Assembly (NCBI GenBank): GCA_043228905.1
Contig: JBHGNT010000003.1
Location: forward strand, 23,312,001 to 23,376,000
Direction of reading: 5' to 3'
Source: Azolla caroliniana
Taxonomy: Eukaryota > Plantae > Polypodiophyta
DNA: 64,000 nt
Below, piece after piece: positions 27,001 to 36,500 of this stretch (the first letter of the stretch is position 1; each line of letters opens with the position of its first letter). A program made the translations under genes and the position numbers. The notes under the pieces were generated by a model. It made no database searches, was not told the origin of the DNA, and was given only the letters and a program-made list of their open reading frames with translations.

Positions 27001-27691
27001 AGTCGATGGCGCAATCGTACGGCCGATGATGAGGAAGTGTGTTGGCTTGTACTTTATCGAACACATCAGCATACTGACGATACTTCTCGGGAAGTTGAAC
27101 GGTGGACTCCTCTTTGGTGGTGCTGGAGGGTTGTACTGATATTGCGAAGAGAAACATTTCCTCCTTGCGCCCTTCCTCACGCAACTGACGTAGCGAAATG
27201 GTTGCAACCTTCTGGGTAGATCCTTGGGTTTGTCGCAACCAGATTTCCCTTGTCCTCCAATCTATGTCTGGGTTATGTAACTCGAACCATGGTAATCCTA
27301 AAACTATGGGATGTTCTGGAATACTAATAATATTAAATGATACTAGACATGTTAAGTTATCTAGGACAATATTAACGGGTTCCGACTCTTCTATGATATT
27401 ACCAGAAGCAATGGGACGACCATCAATGACTACTACTGAGGCTGGACATGGGAGCTTTCTGAGAGATATCTGATGAGCTCGGGCAAAATTCCTATCCATA
27501 AAGCAAGAATTAGCTCCGGAATCTAGAAGGGCTAAGGTATGTACTGGAGGGGTACTTTTAGTACTAACTGCTACTTGGGCTACGAACACATCACTAACTT
27601 GCTTAGAGGGAATGGAACCACTAATGGGCTGCACAGATCTAGGGCTGTCCAACCAAACGGCTCCTATTTTGGCTGGACTTAGTCGTTTAAC
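24095..27691 (-). CDS. pol: Pol (protease-RT-RNase H-integrase-chromodomain), likely reached by -1 frameshift
   Basis: LLDSGA, YLDD, ADASD...HDKELLA, HHCC plus DDE integrase, GPF, chromodomain EYEVAAILD...YLVDWLGY...TWEP; frame stays open upstream to the slippery site. Confidence 0.95.
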   Translation of the reverse strand, partial: VKRLSPAKIGAVWLDSPRSVQPISGSIPSKQVSDVFVAQVAVSTKSTPPVHTLALLDSGANSCFMDRNFARAHQISLRKLPCPASVVVIDGRPIASGNIIEESEPVNIVLDNLTCLVSFNIISIPEHPIVLGLPWFELHNPDIDWRTREIWLRQTQGSTQKVATISLRQLREEGRKEEMFLFAISVQPSSTTKEESTVQLPEKYRQYADVFDKVQANTLPHHRPYDCAIDLQPGKEPPWGPIYNLSPTELEVLRAYIEENLENGFIRHSKSPAGAPIFFVKKKDGSLRLVVDYRGLNKVTVRNRYALPLISSLLERINGARFFTKIDLRGAYNLVQIRPGDEWKTAFRTRYGHFEYTVMPFGLTNAPAVFQHMANDIFRDLLDDFLIIYLDDLLVYSKTQEEHDSHVLLVLKRLREHGLYAKLEKCSFGCNQVEFLGYVISSEGISMDPAKVKTVIEWHTPHSVRDVQCFLGFANFYRKFIQNYSKIVLPLTQLTRKGQSFIWSKETDMAFESLKKAFTSAPILGHVDPEKPFIIEADASDFALGSILSQQGNDEKLHPVAFHSRKFDAAEINYEIHDKELLAIVDSFMQWRHFLEGSPHQVTVFSDHKNLAYFQDARVLNRRQARWAHFLTRFDFKITYRPGKHQGKADALSRRSYLTPRPGEPAFDNQKQVILGPARLQAAQVFDMPVDSDITNTIREDLKTDAFAQAILAQIDPSRASCSQSQSPGTDYRQFKYCDGLLFFKELLYVPNGSCRLRVVQNCHDTYTAGHFGSTKTLDLVQRSFWWPRMRQFVEDFVRTCDTCCRAKMPRHHPYGLLEPLPIPSKPWQSIALDFITDLPVSKGFSAILTVVDRYTKMAHFLPCTKEISSEDTAEIVMREVCRHHGLPDNIISDRGPQFVSKFWKHLFKMLKVTCNLSSGYHPQTDGQAERTNQTLEQYLRCFLNYHQNDWADILQFAEFAYNNAIHASTKVTPFYAYTGYHPRWCVLETPEVSTNPCAEDRLERLRKIQADLSTQLQQAQQSHKDYADRHRLPSSFNIGDRVWLLRRHIKTTRPCEKLDYRRLGPFRIIGKINDVAFRLELPPQLRIHPVFHSSLLEPYHESTIPGRTIQPPPPIELEDGPEYEVAAILDSKIVRNKLYYLVDWLGYSPSERTWEPIENVTNARALLEDFHRRYPEKPGPQSKTTRGTRRFKGGIVS
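27640..27691 (-). promoter_or_regulatory. Putative -1 ribosomal frameshift signal (G_UUA_AAC plus pseudoknot)
   Basis: Heptamer 27691-27685, 6-nt spacer, 11-bp stem GUCCAGCCAAA/UUUGGUUGGAC, loop UAGGAGC can pair with downstream GCCCUA. Confidence 0.75.
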
Positions 27692-28848
27692 TCTTCTTCT
27701 AATTGGCTAAGGACATCAAATTTGTTTGCGAGATTCGGACTATTAGTACTATTAGGACTATTATGACTATGAGGACTATCAGAGATTCCTACTGAAATAG
27801 ACTCGGGTTTAGTATAGTCAGAACTAACAACGACTTGGTTTACCTGCCTTCTTGGTCTATGGGGACAGTTTATCGCGATATGCCCTGGTCCACCGCAATA
27901 AAGGCATAATCGGTTTGTTCGGCGTCGTTGCTTTTCCTCCTCCGATAGCGGCCCACGACGACGTGTAGTGTCAATTTCCATTGGAGTTGGAGTACTTACT
28001 GGAGGCGCATTATGTGACTCCCTTTGAAAAGGTTTTGCTACCACTGAGGCATAGGTAGGCTCGGATCTTGCCCTCGGCATCTGAAATTGTCGTTCCGAAC
28101 GTCGCTCGAAGAGGCGGTTGTCACATCTGACTGCTCGACTGATTGCTTCTGTTAATGATTTTGGCTCTTCAGGGAAAGTCAAGAGTAAATCCTTGACATC
28201 GTTGCGTAGACCATAGCGGAACTGCTCCATCAATGCTTGATCATCCCAGGGGATATCGGCGGCGAGTAGGCGGAAATCTGCAGCATATGCGGAGGCTGGA
28301 CGGTCACCTTGGCGTAATCGCCGGATTTTGTTGATTGCAGTCCTTATGCTGTCAGTATCTCCAAAACATGCTTTAAACTCACTTATGAATTCTTCAAAAT
28401 TATTTAGTACTGGAGATTCCTTTTCTAGTAGCGGAGCGAACCATGCTAATGCTGAGCCATTTAACAACGTGCCTACTAAACCCACTCGTGATGCATCGGT
28501 GGGATATCGGGACGGATGCATTTGAATAACTAACCGTACCTGGTTAAGAAACCCTCTAAACTGCGATCGCGTTCCATCGAACTTCGTGGGAAGGCCAATC
28601 TTGGGTTCTTTATGAATCCCTTGTGCTCCGTGCCCTTGTTGTTGCATTGCTACGATGGTTGCTTCGAGTTGTTGCACGCGTAACGCAAGTTCCCCATGCT
28701 GTTGTTGCGTTTGCTGCTTTTCTAAGGAAATTTGCTGAAGATCCCCCAACAAGCGTTGATTTTCTTGTTCCAAAGCATGAAACTTCTCTTTCAAGCATTG
28801 AAATTCCGAGAAAACGGATTGATACTCTTCAGCGCTAACGGTGGCCAT
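27679..28848 (-). CDS. gag: Gag (coiled coil, retrotransposon capsid, CCHC knuckle)
   Basis: PTKFDG..FRGFL, LRQG..ASAYAADF, CLYCGGPGHIAINC; 389 aa. Confidence 0.95.
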   Translation of the reverse strand: MATVSAEEYQSVFSEFQCLKEKFHALEQENQRLLGDLQQISLEKQQTQQQHGELALRVQQLEATIVAMQQQGHGAQGIHKEPKIGLPTKFDGTRSQFRGFLNQVRLVIQMHPSRYPTDASRVGLVGTLLNGSALAWFAPLLEKESPVLNNFEEFISEFKACFGDTDSIRTAINKIRRLRQGDRPASAYAADFRLLAADIPWDDQALMEQFRYGLRNDVKDLLLTFPEEPKSLTEAISRAVRCDNRLFERRSERQFQMPRARSEPTYASVVAKPFQRESHNAPPVSTPTPMEIDTTRRRGPLSEEEKQRRRTNRLCLYCGGPGHIAINCPHRPRRQVNQVVVSSDYTKPESISVGISDSPHSHNSPNSTNSPNLANKFDVLSQLEEELND

Positions 28849-28884
28849 GGGATGAAGAAAAAGGGAAATAAGAGACTAGTAGGG

Positions 28885-28896
28885 AAATCGGTTCAA
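28885..28896 (-). promoter_or_regulatory. Self-priming PBS (non-tRNA)
   Basis: TTGAACCGATTT 2 nt after the 5' LTR is the exact complement of AAATCGGTTCAA (29160-29149), which starts 33 nt after TATAAAA. Confidence 0.8.
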
Positions 28897-29031
28897 ACTG
28901 TCAGGAACTCTATTAAGGCAGAGAAGGAATTAGTACTAAAAGAAGGATTAGTACTATTGTTGGGGAATAGTACTAAGACAGAGAAGGATTAGTACTATGA
29001 GAGGTGTCGAACTTTGAGAGAAGGAATGAGT

Positions 29032-29079
<48 letters not shown>

Positions 29080-30150
29080 TGATGCGAAAGATATATGTAT
29101 TATATGAAGGAAGATATACAACAGTAGTTAGAAGGCTTAAGACTGGCGTTGAACCGATTTGGTTCGAACTAATGCCTTGCGCCTCCTTTTATAGTGTCTT
29201 CAGGAATACTCCTGAAGTTTCTAGAATGTTCCAGAGAAATCTGGAATATACATCAATTTCCCAATAAAACCTAAGTGAAAATAATATCCTTCAAATTACA
29301 ATTCATAACCTAATGGTAAAGTCTCGACCCGTGTAACAAAAGGTTATGGGTTCGAGTCTAGTTATGACAGTTTTAACCTATACAAGCTTTTCTTCAGTCA
29401 ACACACCATGTTCTCTTTCCCTTTCTCCTCAAAGCCTTGAGGCTGCTGCATGTAGATCTCCTCATCCAGCTCCCCATGCAAGAATGTTGTTTTCAAATGC
29501 AACTATTTGATCTCCAGATCCATATTGGCAACTATGCTCAGAATAGTTCAAATGGATGTCATTTTCACGACTGGTGCGAATATTTCGTCGAAGTCGACAC
29601 CTTTTCTCTGCTGAAACCCCTTCACCACAATGCGGGCTTTATATCTGGGTGTGTTGTCGACTTCTCCAGTCTTCACCTTGTAGACCCATTTATTTCTGAG
29701 TCCTCTCTTACCTTTCGGTAGCTCTACCAGGTCGTAGGCGTAATTCTCATGCAAGGAGTCCATCTCATCTTGCATTGCACTCAGCCGTTTTTCATTGTGC
29801 TCATCGGCTATGGCTTCTTCATAGCACTCAGGTTCACCTTCATCAATCAAGAGGATGTATTGACTAGCATATGTAGTCATTACTCTTCTTTCTTTGAGTG
29901 AGTATCTTTTTCCGCCCGTTGTTGGCTCCAGTTTGGATGTCTCTAACGACTCTACTCTTGGCTCGGGTTCATATGTATCGATCAGTCGTTGAAGGTTAGC
30001 CGATTCCGACTCATAGTCCTCGATCAACTTCAATAGGTCAGCCAACTCCGACTCTTCTGTGTTTGTCGGTTGCTCCAAGTCGACCGATTCAGATTCGGCT
30101 GTGCCGACAAGCTGTCTCCGAACAACCAATTGTGTCAGTTCACTTGGCCT

Positions 30151-30453
30151 TGTTGAGAATCAAGCTCAACTTGGTCTAGTGTGTGAACTCACCTTGAGAG
30201 TGAATAGGCACTCCAACGGTCAAGAGTCACCATTATGTCACCACTTTGTATTCTAGCATTTAGTATGAGTCATAGAATCATATTCTATGACACATAACTT
30301 ATGAGCTTTCACATTCCCCATGCTCCATGAATCTTGTAGTTAATGAAGAGAGAGGGTGACTATATAAAGCACCCTCCTCCCACCTTGTACAAGGTCGTGT
30401 CTTTCTCCTTTGTTAATATAATCTACCTTGCATATACTCCATGTCTTACTCCT

Positions 30454-30508
<55 letters not shown>

Positions 30509-32436
30509 CACACACACACAGTTCACACCTATTCCGCTACACAAGAATCATAACCGATTCTTTACATGGTATCAGAGCAATTTGGTAGCTCGGTCTAGCC
30601 CATTCGCCTCATCGTGATCGTGTGTTGTGCTCTACGCCGACAACCAAGAACCGGCTCATCGCTATTGTAGCCTCGCTACATAGCTCGCATTCGAGAAGAG
30701 AAGAAGAAGAAGAAGAAGAATCGACATAATGAATACTTAAATGGGGAGAGCTCTCCCTACCGAGAAGTTAGATCGAAACAACTTTGCATCTTGGGAGTAC
30801 AACATGGACCAATACCTTGTCGGACAAGGCTATTGGAGCTACATCAAAGGAGAGCACGAAGACCGACCCGCCGAAGCGGCTCCCGGATACGCGACATGGG
30901 AGCAAGCCGCAAGCCGCGCGATGTATTGCTTGGCAACATGTGTTCACGATCACATGCTCTGCTACATTCGCGAAGCCAAGGCACCAAAGGAGGTATGGGA
31001 AAATCTACGAAAGATTTTCGCGGCGAACACAACCGCAAGAGGGCTTCAACTCCGCCAAGAGTTGAACATTCAAAAAAGGGACATGTCCATCACGACATAC
31101 ACCTCGAACATCAAGGAGCTTTGCGACTCGCTCGGCTCGATAAGCGTACATATCGATGATGATGAGATGGTGCAAATATGCCTCGGCGGCCTCGCACCAC
31201 GGTTCGGCGCGATGCGAACCGCCGTTCTAGCACGGGAGAAATCTCCCTCCTTCTTCGAGCTCCAATCAATGCTATTGGTCGAAGAAAACCACGTGCGTAC
31301 AAGGAGCAATGAGTCAGAAGGCCACATGCTCTACATGCACTCGAACGGAGGAAGAGGATGCGGACGAGCGAGAGGCCGATTCGGCCAAGGACAAGGCGGA
31401 CGAGGGCCGACCTATGACAACAACTCCCAATTTCGGCCGCAAAACGGAAGCCAACGAGGAACCTTCACAAGAAGGGGGAGCTTCCACTCCGGCCCGAGCC
31501 GTCAAAGCACAACCGAATGCGGATATTGCGGAAAGCTCGGCCACCACAAAGAAGAGTGCCGAAAGAAGATGCGTGAATCGTCTTCCACAAGCCGGCAACA
31601 AACGAATTACGTGCACAATTCCGACTATGAAGAGTATTGCGGAATGTACGGGCACAACTCCGACTACGAAGATCGTGGCGGATGTACGCACCCAACTCCG
31701 ACCGTGGGGGAATGTTCATGATGAAACATAGAGCAAACTCTATGCCGGCCTCTACCTCAACTAGTGCCCTCAATCCGGAGGACATATGGTTTGTTGACTC
31801 CGGAGTCTCAAACCATATGACATCTCATAAAGAATGGTTTCTCGAACTTCGAGAGTCGGAGCGACCCGGTTATGTCGAAACCGGAGATGACACTACGCAC
31901 CCGATTCGGCACATCGGCAATGTTCTGTTCGGCGAAAGAGGTAAGCAAACATACATTAAAAATGTCTTGCATGTTCCCACCATCACGAAGAATTTGGTCT
32001 CGATCGGCCAAATGGTTGAGCAAGGGATGCAAGTACAATTCAACTAAGAAGGGTGCTTCATCGAAAAAGAGGGCTGAATCATCACGCGTGGAAGAAGAGA
32101 GGGCCGGATGTTCATTCTCGATTCATACGAGATGAAATCCACCATGTTCGCAAAAAGCATGAAAGCCGACTCCGACATAGAGCTATGGCACAAGCGAATC
32201 GGCCACATCAATCTCAACAAACTCAAAGCAATGAAATCAAAAGGAGTCGTCATCGGACTCCCGACATTCAAAGAGAAGGAGATTGAAGGTGTATGCGAAG
32301 AGTGCCAATTCGGCAAGCAACACTGACACCCATTCCCGAAAGAGCGGAACGTGAGCAAAGGTCTACTCGACGTAGTCCATTCTGACGTATGGGGACCGGC
32401 ACAGACAGCTACATTCGGCGGATGCCGATATTACAT
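30151..32436 (+). mobile_element. Copia element D (second family), 5' LTR-gag-PR-start of INT; 3' part missing
   Basis: LTR 30151-30566, PBS TGGTATCAGAGC 30567-30578; gag KLDRNNFASWE, CGYCGKLGH; WFVDSG; WHKRIGH; HSDVWGP. Confidence 0.9.
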
Positions 32437-33565
32437 TGTCGCGGGATTCCACGCTTGCATGTTGAATCCAGGCGGGACCACCGGGGTCATGGACCAGGAG
32501 AGAGGAGGCTGTCGGAGGCTCCAGTCCTTGGGATCTTGCCACACTACCGATTTCTTCTCGGCTGCAACTGATAACCGTCCGCGGAGTGAGAAGATGCGCG
32601 CTCATCTTCACTGCCCTTTGGTTCATATGTACAAGGGCCCAAAACAGGCACGGGTCACGACCCAGTTAACCGCGTCCGCGCGCGCGCGCGCACGCACACA
32701 CACATACACCCGGTTTTGACCGGCGCTTCTGCACCGGTTAGAACTCAGCCTCACGCACACGACGTCAGTTCCACATAGAGAGGGAAAGAGGGAGCCTGCA
32801 TCCCGGGACCGGTCGGGGAGCACCCGGGCTCAAACGCGCGACGGGATCCTCGTGCAGGGCACGCCCCTTTTCTTGAACGACCACCTCTTGCTGCCGAACC
32901 GCCTACCAGGAGTGTTCAGCTCGCTGTCTCCTATGGGTCTTGCACGCCAGAGAAGAGGGAGCTTGCTACCAGACAACCGAGTGCACAGTTCACCACGAAC
33001 GACAGCGAGGACAGCTTAACACACGCACACACACACACAGATGCACACGAACTCACATCTTCAACAGAATGGAAAACCTTCAAAAAAGGCACACAGAAAC
33101 CCTAACAGAAACAGAGAAAAGAGAACAAGACGAAAGGAAGAAGAAACAGAAGTAGAACAAAAACTATTGTGTTATGTTACATAGGAACAACAATGGAACC
33201 CGCAGAGGGGAACTCTGTGAACCCTAAAGCATACAAATTAGGACAGAGCCTAGAGAGAGAGAAAGAGCAAAATTGGAACCCAAGCGAAAAACTGGGAACA
33301 AGAATAAAATGAAGAGGAAGATGAAGTGGTATACCCTCCTAACTCAAAATGGGCAACCCTTTCACAAAGGGCGCTCCCTTCCTTTTATAGAACAAGGAGA
33401 GGGATGCGTTACAATGTGGGATAAATCCCGACTTACATGGGATTCTCTGTCCCGAGTTGACTCCTACTATTCACACGTTTTTACAAGGGTAAGTGCACAT
33501 GGTGCACCACGCCGATTCTTCTGATATTCCCCGGTTTCTCACCATGTCCCGGAATCTTCACGACA
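32437..33565 (-). mobile_element. Phygy-like solo LTR
   Basis: TGTCGCG...CACGACA; conserved U5 motif; flanks ACAT/ATGT, both one transition from ACGT. Confidence 0.72.
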
Positions 33566-33566
33566 A

Positions 33567-36500
33567 TGTTATCGAGTTATTACGCTCTTCGCGTGTGGAA
33601 AGAGGCGGGACCGCAGGGGCCTTGAACCAAGGAGTGTGAGAAAGAAGAGAAAGAGAGAGAGCAGCTTGGAGAAACACATAGGGAGAAAGAGAGAACAAAG
33701 TCTTAATTACAGAATCAACAACGATTACAACCAGCAAGCCGCCAACAGACCCGACTCAGGCGAACACGCACACACACAGCCCCGACTGCACTATGGAGCC
33801 TCTGCCGGAAGCACACGAGTTGTCCACGAAGCAGAGGCAACTCGGTCCAAAATCCTGCAGAGAATGATGAACGACGGAGGAGAGAGCTCGGTCCCAGTCC
33901 GACAGCACTTCGTCCTCGCTCCCAAAACGCGATCCTTTCATCCCTCTTCTTCTTTCCCTTTTATAGGTCGTCGAGGTAGGCCGTTGCACCCTCGTTTTCA
34001 TCAATTTATTCTCTGTCCTTTCGGACAGACATACTCTTTGATTTCCTAGACATTCAATGCATCAAATCTAGTCTATTTACACCCATCGTCCTACTCCTAG
34101 TTATGTACAAGGTATTCATTGGTGTGGAAGAGTGTAGGGCTGATTCATGCACCCTGCTTTGCCGATTCCGCTTTTGGCCAGTTTTCTCCACAACATCCAC
34201 CCCCACCAAACCACGCATCCACTGGTATGCGCTAGAAAGGGAAAAATACCGGAGAAAACCGGCTCGCGTTCCGTCGTCGCCCTCCGGACTATCGGTGTCC
34301 CCGAACCGATCATCGTCGTTATCGCTCCCCCAATCCGGCTCGTCTTCGTACCGCTTCTTGAACGCTTTAATACGCTTCCCCGCTACCGCCACCGCCAATC
34401 GTGTCCCGTCGACCTCTGCAAGATGGTACGTGTCATTGTCGTTCGTGCTCGTCACCGTGTAGGGCCCGAACCATCTCCTCACAAATTTGCGGGTCGCCTT
34501 GTGCTAGTTGTCAAGGTTGTTGTCGTAAACCAGCACCCAGTCGCCTTCCTCGATCTTCTTCGGTCATAGCCGGTGCGTCCGGTCGAACCGGGTTTTGTTT
34601 CGTTCCCTTGCCGTGCGCAGCTTCTCCTTTGCCCGTTCCACGTCCTCCGGCCTCCGCGCAAGTTGCCGGATCCGCGCCGCCAACAACTCTTCCCGGCTCA
34701 TTTCGTCCTTCCAGCCCACCACGGCCCACGAAGAAATCGTCCGTTCCACCGGCATGATCGGCTTCTGCCCGTACATTAGTTCCGCCGACATGAACCCCGT
34801 TACCGAACTGTGCGTAGTCCGGTTCGCCCACAACGCATAGGGTAGGTGCCGCGGCTAGTTCCCAACTTGGCCTCTACACGCCCGTACTAACGCTTTGACG
34901 ATCGGTCCGTGTCGGCGTTCCACCTTCTCGTTAGCCTCCAGATTTTATGCTGTGGTGAGCGAGAGTTTAACCCCTAGCCGGTCAAACAGCTCTTTAGCCT
35001 CTTTCGCGTCTAGTTCTCTGCGGTCGGCCACGATCTTGCCGACGCACCCGTACCGGCATATCACATCTTCGATTAGAAACCGGCACACGACCGCGGTTGT
35101 TTTGTTCTGCACCGCTCGGCCTTCCACCTGATTCGTCAGGTCCTCCCGAGCCAACACCAGATATCGCATCTGTCGTACCCCCATCGGCATTGTCACCAGA
35201 TCCACCATCCACTTGAAGTGGACGGTTGGAGGGTAGGTCAGGTGAAGCTCGTCTCGATGTCGGACTATGGAGTGCATCTGACAGCATTCACAAGTCCCGG
35301 TATAGTCCCGGTATAGTCCCGGCCACCAGTACTTCCCCTTCAGCTTCTCGAATGTGGCCCATGTCCCGCAGTGTCCGGCCCAAGGACTCTCGTGGTACGC
35401 CATAAGCAGCGTTTTCTACTCGTCCTCCCTCGCCACTACGTGGAGTGGGGTGTTGCTTCGGTTCTTCGGGTGCTTCCATATGCGCCCTTCCCGTAGGAAG
35501 AATCGGTACGCCTTCTTCCGCACCTAGCAGGCCTGTTCTCTCGTCCACGCCGCGTCCGACGTCATCGTCCGTAGGAACCTCCCGATTCGGAGCCACTCTC
35601 CATCGTATTCACTCTCGTCGAACTCATTAAGCGTCGGAGTGCTCCCTGTCCCAGTTGTCACGCCAGCTGATCCAAATAAGTCCTCGCCGACATCTTCGTC
35701 TTCCGAAACCATGTCATCCTCGTCGCTGAACCGCACCCTCGAAAGCATGTCGGCCATGGCGTTGTCCTTTCCGGAAATGTGTCGTATTTCCGGATTCAGG
35801 GACTTGATGTACGATATCCACCAAAGCATTGCCAGGTCCGGCGTCACGCATCCGAAAACCATAACGAGAATCGGTAGGCAATCCGTCTCAATGATTACTT
35901 CTGTCTCGATTAGATAGTCTTTGTCGGCCTTAACTGCCGAAACGATACCCCATAGCTCGCGTTTAACTTGGTCGTATCCTCGCTGCCGCTCGCTCAATAC
36001 CTTCACCCCGAACCGGATCGGGAACCGTACGTCGTCCTTGTCCTCGTGATTGATCACCCACCCGATCCCGATCGGGCTTGTGTCCACCGTCACCTAGATG
36101 GGCACTTCCTTGCCGTAAACCGCTTTCCGGAGAGCCGGTGCCGCGGCAAGCGCCTCCTTCAATCTCCGGACCGATTCTGTGTGCTCCGTCCTCCACTCAA
36201 ACCTACGCCCTTTCTTCAATAGCCCGTAGAGCGGTTCCGCGACGTGTGCGTAGTGCGGAATCCAGATGTGGTAGAACGCGCACGTACCCAAGAATCTACG
36301 GACCTCCATAACCGACCCGCAATCGTCCTTCATCACGGAGATGGCTTCTACCTTTGCCAGGGACGGTTTCTGACCATAGGGCCCGCACAGGTGTCCGACT
36401 ACCAGGATCTCCGTCTGCCCGAACGTTGATTTCTCTCCGGAGAAGATGAGCCGTGCGCTCTCGAGCCTCTACAGCACCTTATCACAGTCGTTGATGTGGT

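Larger units (their letters stand above)
23630..29369 (-). mobile_element. Intact, very young Ty3/Gypsy chromovirus (Tcn1-like)
   Basis: LTRs 23630-24102 and 28899-29369 appear identical except one GA repeat unit; TSD GTTTT; PPT AAAGGGGGGATAG; uninterrupted gag and pol. Confidence 0.97.
16619..30150 (-). mobile_element. Copia element C (Tork-like), interrupted by B and by the young Gypsy; 5' part lost
   Basis: 3' LTR split into 16619-16702 and 21945-22522; RH/RT 22632-23629 resumes at 29375-30129 (YKARIVVKGF, FAPVVKM). Confidence 0.82.

Noticed and set aside
27650-27652. Independent TTG start for pol
   Set aside because: The frame is open up to the slippery site overlapping gag, so frameshifting explains it better
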